This document shows positions 1-9,189 of a stretch of 54,648 nt of DNA, piece by piece. The position numbers and the translations under genes are program-made. How positions within the stretch are numbered: the first letter of the stretch is position 1; every line of letters begins with the position of its first letter. The DNA is taken from positions 1-54,648 of IMG/VR virus record IMGVR_UViG_3300023055_000119; one strand, given 5' to 3'. Source of the stretch: a virus (lineage: Duplodnaviria > Caudoviricetes). The notes beneath the pieces are model-generated. The model made no database searches. It saw nothing but the letters and a program-made list of their open reading frames with translations, and was not told where the DNA came from.

Positions 1-58
1 TACTGAATAAAGATCGCAGTCGGGCAAGACGGGCTGCAATCCACGGGGTAATTCGCAT
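1..58 (-). CDS. Partial CDS (5' end only), MRITPWIAARLARLRSLFS..., third gene of the leftward phage-like operon
   Basis: ATG at 58 with AAGGAGG SD a few nt upstream, directly after the stop of 69..401; runs off the window. Confidence 0.5.
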   Translation of the reverse strand, partial: MRITPWIAARLARLRSLFS

Positions 59-68
59 GATGCCCTCC

Positions 69-401
69 TTAACGCTTGGGTTGAGGTGGCGACTTATCTC
101 CTTCTGCCGGTTTCCCTTTGTCAGCCGGATTGCTGACCGGGTGCTTCACGGTGCCTTCGAGCTTGTTCTGCAGCGCCACCAGCTGGCTGGTAAGCTCCGC
201 CACGCGCGCTTCACGTCGTTCCGATATGGTTCGATATTGCTGTCGAATCTCTTCAACACGCTGATTGGCGCTGTTACTGACGAACAGGAATAGCACCGTC
301 ATCGCCACGCACATCAACGACAACATCAGCAAAAAGCCGCCGAAGAACAGTTGGCGCCGATGGTTTTTCACTACGTACTCACTGTTTATCTGCATCATCA
401 C
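69..401 (-). CDS. Phage-like membrane protein (single TM plus coiled coil), putative lysis-associated
   Basis: One hydrophobic helix then heptad-rich segment; overlaps 379..768. Confidence 0.55.
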   Translation of the reverse strand: MMMQINSEYVVKNHRRQLFFGGFLLMLSLMCVAMTVLFLFVSNSANQRVEEIRQQYRTISERREARVAELTSQLVALQNKLEGTVKHPVSNPADKGKPAEGDKSPPQPKR

Positions 402-768
402 GACTCTCCTCCAGAGTGGTAATCAGTTGGTTAACCTGGCTGCGAAACTTCTCGCTGTGCTCGGCTTCCGTGGTGGCCAGCAAAATGCTCAGGGCGTTTT
501 TTATCAGCCGCAGATCGGTTTCCAGCGAAGAGATACGCCGCAGGTTTTTGTCATGTCGGATGCGCAATTCATCGTTTTCCTGGCGCATCAAGGCGTGACC
601 TTCTTTGAGCAGCATCACCTGTTCTTTGTAACTGGTGATGATCTCCCCACCGGCACGATTGCTGGTGACGATAGCGGCGATACCCGCCATTAACGGTTTC
701 CAGAACACAGCTGCTGCGCCGCCGCCGAGAAGCAACGCACCTACGCTGGTGACTAAACTACTTTCCAT
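379..768 (-). CDS. Putative phage holin-like protein (N-terminal TM plus coiled coil)
   Basis: Hydrophobic N-terminus ALLLGGGAAAVFW, coiled-coil C-terminus, GAGG SD; resembles phage holin-like gene pairs from recall. Confidence 0.5.
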   Translation of the reverse strand: MESSLVTSVGALLLGGGAAAVFWKPLMAGIAAIVTSNRAGGEIITSYKEQVMLLKEGHALMRQENDELRIRHDKNLRRISSLETDLRLIKNALSILLATTEAEHSEKFRSQVNQLITTLEESRDDADKQ

Positions 769-846
769 GCTTCACCTCTCACCCCTGGCAAGGGATGTGC
801 CCCATAAGCACGCTGACCACCCTTGCCAGCTTCGCGGTCAACGCCT

Positions 847-888
847 GAATTTAAGTTTACTTTAACTTATGAATTTAAGTATACTTAA
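847..888. promoter_or_regulatory. Putative operators of the 913..1560 repressor
   Basis: Palindrome TTAAGTATACTTAA (875-888) and near copy TTAAGTTTACTTTA (851-864), 24 bp apart in the divergent intergenic region. Confidence 0.55.
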
Positions 889-912
889 GTCGTTCCTTCA
901 GGAGATGTCAAG

Positions 913-1560
913 ATGATGAAAAAAGAATCTTCCGGTGAGCGCATCCGGGCAAGACGTAAAGCACTACAGTTGACGCAGCAGGCGCTGGCCAAAAGCATTG
1001 GGGTGTCGCATGTGGCTGTATCGCAGTGGGAAAAAGAGGAAACCGTACCGCGTGGCGAGAATTTGCTGCGGCTCGCGCAGTGGCTGCAATGCACGGCGGC
1101 ATGGATTATCGACGGGGATGGCGAAGTGTTTGCCACCCACGCCAAAGCCGCACCGGTTGCGGCGGTGCCATTGATTAGCCTGGCGCAAGCGTCAGCGTGG
1201 CTGAGCGAGGAACGGTTGTTGCTCAAACAGCAGGCTGCGCATTTTCTCTATAGCGAGAGTCAGTTGGGCGATGGCGCGCTGGCGGTCACGATAGACGATC
1301 AGGCGATGCAGCCCGATTACCGGCCCGGTGACAAAGTGATCTTTGATCCTGACGTTCAGCCGCAGCCGGGCGATGTGGTGCTGGCGCTGGTGGATGGCGT
1401 GGCACGAGTGCGGATTTATCGCCTGCAAACGCAACAGCAGGATGAGCAGATCTTCACATTGCGCGCGTTGAATGATGATTTTCCGCAGCTGCATTCGGCG
1501 GAATCGGCGCTAGAAATTATCGGCACGCTGATGGAGTTGCGACGTTACCGAAGCGGCTAG
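913..1560 (+). CDS. XRE-HTH plus S24-like CI-type repressor, autocleavage residues degenerate
   Basis: HTH LTQQALAKSIGVSHVAVSQWE; C-terminal S24 fold (PGDKVIFDPD...GDVVLA...IIG). Confidence 0.85.
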   Translation: MMKKESSGERIRARRKALQLTQQALAKSIGVSHVAVSQWEKEETVPRGENLLRLAQWLQCTAAWIIDGDGEVFATHAKAAPVAAVPLISLAQASAWLSEERLLLKQQAAHFLYSESQLGDGALAVTIDDQAMQPDYRPGDKVIFDPDVQPQPGDVVLALVDGVARVRIYRLQTQQQDEQIFTLRALNDDFPQLHSAESALEIIGTLMELRRYRSG

Positions 1561-1680
1561 CCGCTTCGCTTAAGCTGTTATAATAAAAAAAGTTTAGCCT
1601 GATCGCGGGAAGCTATGGACAGACCCCGCGGTAAGGCTGCTAATCTAGCCGCAAAATAATAAATTATCCGGACAATCTCG

Positions 1681-2892
1681 ATGCTCACCACAATTATTTA
1701 CCGCAGCCATCTGCACGATCACGTGCCAATCAAAACGCTCGAAGATATGGTTGCTAAAGCCAATAGCAAAAACAAAAACTTCGACGTTACTGGCATCCTG
1801 CTGTTCGACGGCCTGCACTTCTTCCAGTTGCTGGAAGGACCGCGTGAGTCCGTTCAGGGCATATACAAGCGTATTTGTCAGGACGCACGCCACCATAATC
1901 TGGTGGAGTTAATGCACGACTTCGCGCCTGAACGCCGTTTTGGCAAAGTCGGCATGGAGCTGTTCGATCTGCGCGAGCATGACAAGGACACTGTGCTGCA
2001 AGCTGTGCTGGATAAAGGCACCTCGCGTTATCAGCTCACCTACAACGATCGCGCGCTGCAGTTTTTGCGTACCTTCGTGGTGGCGCGCGACAAAGAGAAC
2101 TACTTCGAGATCCCGCCAGCCAATACCTGGGAATTTGTTCCGGATATTGAATGGCAGAACGATCTGGAGGGTATCGATCAGAGCCTGCAGGATTGCCGCT
2201 TTGCTTTTCAACCCATCATCGATCCCTTCGCGCGCCGCGTCACTTCGTTTGAAGCGCTGATCCGCACGCCAAACGGTGGCTCACCCGATGAGTATTTCTC
2301 CGCGTTTGGCGGCGAAGCGATTTATCACGCGGATATCAAATCGAAACGTCTGGCCTTTCGCGTGGCGAACAAACTGGGCATTGGCGAGCATCGTCTGTCG
2401 ATCAACCTGCTGCCGATGTCACTGGTGACGGTGCCAAACGCGGTGGAATTCCTGCTTACTGAGATCAACGCCAGCGGGCTGGTGCCGCAACAGGTGATTG
2501 TCGAAGTGACCGAAAATGAGATCATTTCGCGCTCGGATGAATTTGCTGCCGAAGTGAGAAAGTTAAAAGCGGCGGGTATCAGCCTGGCGCTGGACGATTT
2601 TGGTGCCGGTTTTGCTGGCTTGTCGCTGTTATCGAAATTCCAACCGGACAAAATCAAAATCGATCGCGAGCTGATCCGCGATGTGCACAAAAGCGGCCCG
2701 AAGCAGGCGATCATGCACGCCATCATTAAGTGCTGCGCATCGCTGGAGATTGCGGTGATTGCCGAAGGTGTCGAGCAAGCTGAAGAGTGGATGTGGCTGG
2801 AAGCCGCAGGCATTAGCCAGTTCCAGGGTTTCCTGTTTGCTTATCCGCTGCTGAATGGATTCCCGGCTGTTGCATGGCCTGAGATTAAATAG
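1681..2892 (+). CDS. bluF: Blue-light/temperature sensor BluF (YcgF), BLUF plus degenerate EAL domain
   Basis: MLTTIIYRS, TGILLFDG.HFFQLLEG (BLUF); FQPIID, EAL, DDFGAG, IKID; 403 aa. Confidence 0.93.
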   Translation: MLTTIIYRSHLHDHVPIKTLEDMVAKANSKNKNFDVTGILLFDGLHFFQLLEGPRESVQGIYKRICQDARHHNLVELMHDFAPERRFGKVGMELFDLREHDKDTVLQAVLDKGTSRYQLTYNDRALQFLRTFVVARDKENYFEIPPANTWEFVPDIEWQNDLEGIDQSLQDCRFAFQPIIDPFARRVTSFEALIRTPNGGSPDEYFSAFGGEAIYHADIKSKRLAFRVANKLGIGEHRLSINLLPMSLVTVPNAVEFLLTEINASGLVPQQVIVEVTENEIISRSDEFAAEVRKLKAAGISLALDDFGAGFAGLSLLSKFQPDKIKIDRELIRDVHKSGPKQAIMHAIIKCCASLEIAVIAEGVEQAEEWMWLEAAGISQFQGFLFAYPLLNGFPAVAWPEIK

Positions 2893-2923
2893 TGTTGGTC
2901 GCCATGCATGGCGACCCCACCAA

Positions 2924-3631
2924 TCAGTAATACGTTACCTCAATATTGCCATACTGCTTATCAATCACGTTGCCTGCCGCGTCAACGCTAATAATGTCGC
3001 AATAATAGGGAACGTCGTGTTTGTATTTGCAGACATTGCTGACGGTTTTAATTTGGTCATTTCGCTTCACCGTGGTGACCACGTCAGAGATCTTTTTCTT
3101 ATCTTCTGCTCGCACCGCGGTAGCACGCGACACTTCCGTTCCGGCCTGGGTAATACTCAATACCGCCATTTCACCGGCGCTGTTATAAGCGAGGTGAAAA
3201 GCGGCATCGGAGGCGGGCGATGAGATCTGCTCGACCAAACCCTGTTTGTTATAGGCAATATCCACGGTCATGGTCGGCGTGACTTTCTTCACCATGGCGC
3301 AGTTCTTATCCAGCGTCACCACCACGTCCTGACCGTTTTCACTGCCTTTTAATTGGTCGCCATCGCGCGTGACATCAATCACTTCGCCCTGTTTGCGCAC
3401 CGATTTCACGTGCGTCGGACAGCCGTTGCGGTCAAAATCGACATTCACTTCGAAGATCTGCTGGCCGTCGGCGGTAAACAGCGTTTGATGGGTCGTTTTG
3501 ACTTTGCCGGGCAGCGCTTCGAATTGATACAAATAGGCAAAGTTTTTCATTTGCGAGTAGTAAGTCGCGTCATCCTTGTCACATCCCGTGAGCAGGAAAA
3601 TAGCGATTAAAAACAGCAGGGTTTTCTTCAC
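2924..3631 (-). CDS. YnfC/UPF0257-family lipoprotein
   Basis: Lipobox LLTGC; F..L.G.VK...QTL motif, conserved Cys pattern and terminal YY as in E. coli YnfC. Confidence 0.7.
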   Translation of the reverse strand: MKKTLLFLIAIFLLTGCDKDDATYYSQMKNFAYLYQFEALPGKVKTTHQTLFTADGQQIFEVNVDFDRNGCPTHVKSVRKQGEVIDVTRDGDQLKGSENGQDVVVTLDKNCAMVKKVTPTMTVDIAYNKQGLVEQISSPASDAAFHLAYNSAGEMAVLSITQAGTEVSRATAVRAEDKKKISDVVTTVKRNDQIKTVSNVCKYKHDVPYYCDIISVDAAGNVIDKQYGNIEVTYY

Positions 3632-3878
3632 GTGAGAATCCTCTTCTCAAAATAAGGCAACGCGGTGGCTGGAGTAACGTCTTAATCCTAAAAAGAACCT
3701 TCCCTCCTCCTGATAAGAAAATAGTCCCAATAGAGAACTATAACTTATTTAAGTTTTTATATTCACTATTTACTAGCAAAAACTCTCAAACTTTGAAAGT
3801 ACAAAAGTCGCCAATGAGCGACTTTATAAGTACTGATAATTAATGCATATGATACAAAGGCAATTTTTGATTTTTTTT

Positions 3879-4247
3879 CTACATTCTATTCGTAGATATC
3901 ATTAAATAACGCGTTAATCCGTTAGTTGCACTTTGCGAAGCTAATTGATTTTCTGCTATTAACCTGAATTTGTCAGAATTGCCACGCTGTTCACTATCAG
4001 ATGGTAAAACAGAATATTTAACTAAATCATGGCCGCCGTCATAAGAACACACCATTTCCCATTGTTGCGTTTTGCCCTTGGATGCCGCGCATTTTCCAGG
4101 ACCGTATGTGTACATTAAAAAGTTATTAGTTGTGTTCTCCGCCTTCAAAACATAGCCCGGCTTATCGTTGCTATAGGCAATTCCCGCAAAGACGAGAGTA
4201 GAAGCAAATAATATAGAGCTACCAATAACAGCAATTTTGGTTTTCAC
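3879..4247 (-). CDS. Hypothetical exported protein, AT-rich
   Basis: Signal-peptide-like N-terminus, Cys pair; 122 aa. Confidence 0.6.
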   Translation of the reverse strand: MKTKIAVIGSSILFASTLVFAGIAYSNDKPGYVLKAENTTNNFLMYTYGPGKCAASKGKTQQWEMVCSYDGGHDLVKYSVLPSDSEQRGNSDKFRLIAENQLASQSATNGLTRYLMISTNRM

Positions 4248-4739
4248 ATTAATATTCCATCATCATAGTAGATGATGATATCTTATAAGAATCGTCTTAG
4301 TTTTTCACTAGGTAAGCGTAAAAAATGTTAGTAGTTGTATCTGTGCTCGATTGATTGTATAGCCGCTTTTAAGACTCCTTGTTCTAAAACCTCATAACTG
4401 TACTAAATTTGACCAGGTGAATCCGTTATTTATATTTGACTATTAATGGTAGCAGCTATGATTCTTTATGAATAACCTAATGAAATGAATGGGATTTTTA
4501 TTACGCAAGAATAGTTACTATGGGGCATAATGATTAATATTTTTAATCAAATATCATAATTTAATCGAGTTTTGCTTACCATTAAATTAAGAAAATTGAT
4601 GATTGCAGTCACATCGCACCAAGTCACCAGCTCATTGTTTTGCTGAGAAATGAAAATAGGAACATTCTTGCAAAGGTTACGTATTTGTGACAAAAAGCCT
4701 GAATCGATTAAACTTACTTAACTCAAGATATCTTAAAGC

Positions 4740-6959
4740 ATGATCTACTTTTTATTTGCTGCCTTAATAACATTAACATTACTATCACCTAGGTTTATTG
4801 TAACTAAAACAATAATAACCTGCGTAGCATTATTGTTGTTTGCTTTTTGGTACGTTTGCAATATGTTCACTGGGCATGGGGTTACGGATGCAGTGTTCTA
4901 CCATTTGTTTGAGACTTCCACTGGCGCTTCAACAGAAGATTTAGTCCCAAAGATTAAGGTTGCAGCATTCTATATTATCTTGCTGATATTACTTGTTACC
5001 TATTGTACTCTAGTCTTATTGGGAAAAATCAAATCACTCTCCTTCAGGTTTACAGGGGGGATGTACGTTATCTGTCTTTCACTAATACTGAGTTCTGCAT
5101 TTGCTAAAAATATTTACCTATCAGTTAAAAACTCATTTTTAACAAAAGGAGATTCTAGTTTAGTAGAAAAAGAATACGCTAACATTTTAAATGAAAAGAA
5201 AGCCAGTAAAAAATATAATTATGTTTTTATTTATGCGGAAAGCTTAGAAAGAACATTCAGGGATTTGCGAGGGAAAAATCATTTACCCAAATTAAGTCAG
5301 ATTGCTGATAAATATATTGAGTTCACTAATATCATTCAACCTGCCGCATCTGGCTTTGGATGGACCATGGCCGGAATGGTCAATACTCAGTGTGGTATTC
5401 CGCTTGTCATGGCTCAGGGTAATTCTGGAGCAAACTTTGCTGAGTTTCTCTCCAATGCAAAATGCGTTGCTTCATGGTTTAATGAAAGTGGCTATAAAAC
5501 AGAATTTATAAGAGGAAGTGATAAAAATTTCGCCGGAGGGAATAAGTTTTTCTCTCAGCATGGATGGCAACGCCAGGATGACCTTGGGTATTTCAAAGAA
5601 ACGGGACAGGCAACATTATCGAATGTTAGTGGCTGGGGAATACATGATGACGCCATGCTTGACCATGCCTGGAATGAATTTCAGAGGCTCTCATCTTTAA
5701 ACACTCCATTTTTACTCTCTTTTTTAACAGTTAATACCCACGCGCCAGATGGATTTTTCTTGCCCGTTTGCAATGAAATGGTAAATCACTCAAATAAATA
5801 CGCTATTCTTTCTGCTGTTGAATGTTCGGATTATTTGCTTTCCGGCTTCATAAACAAAATCGTAAACAGTGAGCACTTTGACAACACAATTATTGTTTTA
5901 GTCTCCGATCATCTCATGATGGCCAATGATGCGTCCTCACTTCTTAATGAAGTGGAGAGTAAAAGAAGAAATAACTTTATTGTTATCAAGAAAGATATTA
6001 AACCTGCAAAGGTGGTAAAAGAAGGCACGCTTGTAGACGTGTGGCCCACGGTGTTTGATATATCCGGAGATAAAAAATCCGTTGGTTTCGGCAGAAGTCT
6101 GCTAGACAATGACTCTGATAACTTCGCTAAAGCTATTGCCAAAGGTGATATTTCAGATTATTTATCATTTTCGTCAGAACTTTGGGGGATCGTATCTTTA
6201 TCTAACGGGCTGTCTAAGGTTGGAGATTTTATTCAGATAGGTAAGCAGCAATACAAACTGCCCGTTTATGGCATGCTTGATGGAAACATAATTCATTCTC
6301 TTTGGTTTGAGGGATTTGCGAAAAATATAGTCAATATTGCAAAAAGTGAAGCGCCATTCTTCTATGCGAATATTTGCAAAAACATTGGAATCGACGATGA
6401 CACAATTTGCGCTTATATCGTAACAAAAGATGATATAACTAAAATGAGAATATCACCTAACGGGATTGTTTCCAGAAAGAAATTCGATAAATCAACCTTG
6501 TTTTATCGCGACAATATTTTGGGAGTGTCATCCGCACCATTTTATATGGATACAGGATTTTCAGACGGAGCTGTAGATAATTTACCTAGCGGAATAAATT
6601 TTTACACGATTGAACACGGAAAGTTAAACCTAAATGCATCATATCAAACATGTATACATCAACAAGTTGATTCCGAAACCGTGCAAAATATTTTGAAAAA
6701 AAATAAACCTTTGATTGTCGCCTCAAGCGACTCAGTTTACTGCGGAGAAAAAGAGAGTTATTCAACGTTATCTCAGGTACTATCTACTGGTACTTTTGAT
6801 AAATTACAATTCCTGCAGCAAACGATCGGAGTATATAATGCAGGAAAATCCTCTTCGCTTTTAGGTTTACCTTTACTGCCACTGGATGGTTTTATCGATC
6901 TGCAAAAAGGTAAAATTTTCAGTGTTTGCCAGGCTTTTGATGACTGCGTAACACATTGA
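4740..6959 (+). CDS. OpgB/MdoB-like phosphoglycerol transferase (sulfatase/LTA synthase superfamily), AT-rich
   Basis: N-terminal TMs; IYAESLERTF, WTMAGMVNTQCGIPL, FLTVNTHAPDG, VSDHL motifs. Confidence 0.8.
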   Translation: MIYFLFAALITLTLLSPRFIVTKTIITCVALLLFAFWYVCNMFTGHGVTDAVFYHLFETSTGASTEDLVPKIKVAAFYIILLILLVTYCTLVLLGKIKSLSFRFTGGMYVICLSLILSSAFAKNIYLSVKNSFLTKGDSSLVEKEYANILNEKKASKKYNYVFIYAESLERTFRDLRGKNHLPKLSQIADKYIEFTNIIQPAASGFGWTMAGMVNTQCGIPLVMAQGNSGANFAEFLSNAKCVASWFNESGYKTEFIRGSDKNFAGGNKFFSQHGWQRQDDLGYFKETGQATLSNVSGWGIHDDAMLDHAWNEFQRLSSLNTPFLLSFLTVNTHAPDGFFLPVCNEMVNHSNKYAILSAVECSDYLLSGFINKIVNSEHFDNTIIVLVSDHLMMANDASSLLNEVESKRRNNFIVIKKDIKPAKVVKEGTLVDVWPTVFDISGDKKSVGFGRSLLDNDSDNFAKAIAKGDISDYLSFSSELWGIVSLSNGLSKVGDFIQIGKQQYKLPVYGMLDGNIIHSLWFEGFAKNIVNIAKSEAPFFYANICKNIGIDDDTICAYIVTKDDITKMRISPNGIVSRKKFDKSTLFYRDNILGVSSAPFYMDTGFSDGAVDNLPSGINFYTIEHGKLNLNASYQTCIHQQVDSETVQNILKKNKPLIVASSDSVYCGEKESYSTLSQVLSTGTFDKLQFLQQTIGVYNAGKSSSLLGLPLLPLDGFIDLQKGKIFSVCQAFDDCVTH

Positions 6960-6963
6960 GTTT

Positions 6964-7011
6964 GCCCTTTTCTGGGGCTTTTACTAAATTGAAGCCTGCC
7001 TGCCAGGCTTC
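6964..7011. terminator. Hairpins between the OpgB-like gene and the original fliE 3' end
   Basis: GCCC..GGGC-TTTT (6964-6982) and GAAGCCTG-N5-CAGGCTTC (6991-7011). Confidence 0.55.
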
Positions 7012-7038
7012 AAACGCTTTATTATAGCGTCTAAAAAG

Positions 7039-7058
7039 CTAAACCTGCATGCTCATAA
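7039..7058 (-). other. Left att junction: displaced original 3' end of fliE plus 7-bp core CTCATAA (7052-7058)
   Basis: Minus strand reads ATG AGC ATG CAG GTT TAG = MSMQV*, identical in protein to the fliE end at 54356-54373; core repeated at 54369-54375. Confidence 0.88.
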
Positions 7059-7079
7059 AACCAGTTGGTGTAGTTAATA

Positions 7080-7194
7080 CAGTAAGTTGCTATACGGTGC
7101 CCTAGGGTTTAGCAATGCATTACCGCAAACTGATTCTTTGCCGCGCGTGGCTTTGAGTTGCTTTGCGGTAATTTTTTGCCCTGTATATGCCCTA
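7080..7194. repeat. Integrase arm-type repeats and IHF-like site at the left junction
   Basis: TGCCCT at 7098, 7177 and 7188; TTGCCCTGTATATGCCCTA (7176-7194) matches 54287-54305 at 17/19; CAGTAAGTT at 7080 also at 54341. Confidence 0.7.
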
Positions 7195-7197
7195 ACT

Positions 7198-7497
7198 CTA
7201 AATTGTCGGCCTGTCATCCTCATGCATGGTAGTGATTTCATGCGTCACCACTCCCACCACCGCAATATCTTCCAGCAGGTCGTCCATCAGGAATGCGCCA
7301 TCATCGGTAATGAGTCGCCGAGGATGAATCATGATCATCGCCCACTCATACATACCTGACATATCAATCAGCACAGTGTCACCGTTTACCGGGTAACGCT
7401 GCTTATCGATTATGCACCTGCGGCCATTTATCTCGACCATGCTGGAAGTCTCGCGCGTGGACAGGATGTGCTGCAGCGGCTGTAGCAGAAACGTCAC
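7198..7497 (-). CDS. UmuD'/HumD-like protein without N-terminal arm or catalytic Ser/Lys
   Basis: GRRCIID..PVNGDTVLIDMSG..IAVVGVVTHEI aligns by eye with the UmuD C-terminal fold; GTG start overlaps the umuC TGA (alternative ATG at 7440). Confidence 0.6.
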   Translation of the reverse strand: MTFLLQPLQHILSTRETSSMVEINGRRCIIDKQRYPVNGDTVLIDMSGMYEWAMIMIHPRRLITDDGAFLMDDLLEDIAVVGVVTHEITTMHEDDRPTI

Positions 7498-8756
7498 TTC
7501 GCCACTGGCAGGTCCGACAGTCTGGTTGTGTATGCCGGCGACAACATTTCTCGCTTCATCTCCCAGGATTTCTGGATACCCTGTCCTGCAAACCATAATT
7601 TCCCCTTCCCGCTCTGGTTGAGGCCGTCAACGACACGCATCAGCGATTCGCTGTTGGCCTGTGGTTTGTATTCATCAAAGAGATTGAGCTGAGACACGCC
7701 CTGGCTGTAAAAGTCGCCCAGCATCACGCCTGCTTTCATATACCGGCACCCGTCGCGCCATATGTGGTCGAGGCCCTGCATGGCAACCCGTATGATGTCG
7801 CGTGTGTCGTTGGAGGGAGTGAGAAGCCTGCCCATCGCCTGATTGCCATAGAACACCTCTCCTTCAGCGTGCGGGCTTGTACGGACGAACACCGCTATCT
7901 GTCGGCAATACTGGCGCTCACGCCTCAGCTTCTCAGCAGCGCGTTCTGCGTACGAGCAAACCGCCTGGCGCATGTCCATGTACTCGGTGATGCGCGAACC
8001 GAACGATCGGGAGCAGACAATCTGCTGTTTGGTCGGGGCGAACTCTTCCAGTTCGAGGCACGGCTCGCCGCGCAGCTCACGCACCGTTCTCTCCAGCACC
8101 ACATTGAAGTGCTTCCGGATGATGTATGTACTTTGCTCTGACAGGTCTTTGGCGGTGATGATGCCCATTGCATTTAGCTTTTTGCTGATGCGGCGACCAA
8201 CGCCCCAGACATCCTCTACCGGTACCAGCGCCATCAGCTTTTTCTGCCGATCAACATTAGACAGGTCAACGACGCCGCCGGTCTGCTTCCACTTCTTCGC
8301 GGCGTGATTGGCGAGCTTGGCGAGCGTTTTGGTCTGTGCAATACCAACACCGACGGTCAGATGCGTGTCTCGCTTGATTCGCTCCCTCACCTCGCGTCCA
8401 AAGTCTTCCAGTACACGACAATTTCGGACGCCGGTCAGGTCGAGGAATGCTTCGTCGATGGAGTAAACTTCTACCGATGGCGCCATCTGCTCCAGCGTCG
8501 TCATAACCCGGTTCGACATGTCAGCGTAGAGCGCATAGTTGCTGCTGAACACGTGAATCTTGTGCCGGCGGATTTCGTCCTTTAGCTTGAAGTAAGGCGC
8601 ACCCATAGGGATTTTCAGCTCTTTAACTTCTGCACTACGGGCGATCACACAGCCGTCGTTGTTGCTCAGAACCAGTACCGGTTTGCCGCGCAAATCAGGC
8701 CTGAAAACCGTCTCGCAGCTGGCGTAAAACGAGTTTACGTCAACGAGCGCAAACAT
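7494..8756 (-). CDS. umuC: Y-family DNA polymerase V catalytic subunit
   Basis: MFALVDVNSFYASCE, SNNDGCVIARS, YSIDEAF, SRSFG, C-terminal LSPAYTT. Confidence 0.95.
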   Translation of the reverse strand: MFALVDVNSFYASCETVFRPDLRGKPVLVLSNNDGCVIARSAEVKELKIPMGAPYFKLKDEIRRHKIHVFSSNYALYADMSNRVMTTLEQMAPSVEVYSIDEAFLDLTGVRNCRVLEDFGREVRERIKRDTHLTVGVGIAQTKTLAKLANHAAKKWKQTGGVVDLSNVDRQKKLMALVPVEDVWGVGRRISKKLNAMGIITAKDLSEQSTYIIRKHFNVVLERTVRELRGEPCLELEEFAPTKQQIVCSRSFGSRITEYMDMRQAVCSYAERAAEKLRRERQYCRQIAVFVRTSPHAEGEVFYGNQAMGRLLTPSNDTRDIIRVAMQGLDHIWRDGCRYMKAGVMLGDFYSQGVSQLNLFDEYKPQANSESLMRVVDGLNQSGKGKLWFAGQGIQKSWEMKREMLSPAYTTRLSDLPVAK

Positions 8757-8995
8757 CACATGCCGCCGTTTGGATTGAATACCTGAAACACGCGCTCATC
8801 ACCTTCCGATGTCGAAATATCGCGGAATACTGACTTGTGAGCCTCGATCCAGTTATTCGCTTGCCGTGGCGTGTAATGCCAGTTCAGGCGCTCAAGTTCA
8901 CTGACAAAGTCGAGTGTGCTTACGGTGTAGCGGCCAGCAGCATCGCGTTTGATTGCGAACCTGAAGGCGTCTTTGATTTCGTAGTCGCGGGGCAT
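8756..8995 (-). CDS. 79-aa hypothetical protein in the position normally held by umuD
   Basis: GGAGGGAG SD; TGATG overlap with the umuC start; no UmuD similarity. Confidence 0.8.
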   Translation of the reverse strand: MPRDYEIKDAFRFAIKRDAAGRYTVSTLDFVSELERLNWHYTPRQANNWIEAHKSVFRDISTSEGDERVFQVFNPNGGM

Positions 8996-9017
8996 GGTCA
9001 TCTCCCTCCATGATAGA

Positions 9018-9037
9018 TACTGTATATATATACAGTA
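9018..9037. promoter_or_regulatory. LexA (SOS) box, perfect consensus
   Basis: TACTGTATATATATACAGTA, overlapping the -10 of a leftward TTGATC-N18-TACTGT promoter. Confidence 0.95.
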
Positions 9038-9189
9038 ATATCGATCGGTGGGATCGATCAAGTCGATTGATGGTGGTTTTTGCGAAGGGATTGGCGGGGA
9101 AGGAAATTTAGGTGGGCGACTCCGGAGTGAGTGACTAAGCTTTAATCACACACCCCGTAGCCTGCATGAAGATGGACGCGGTATTAAGC

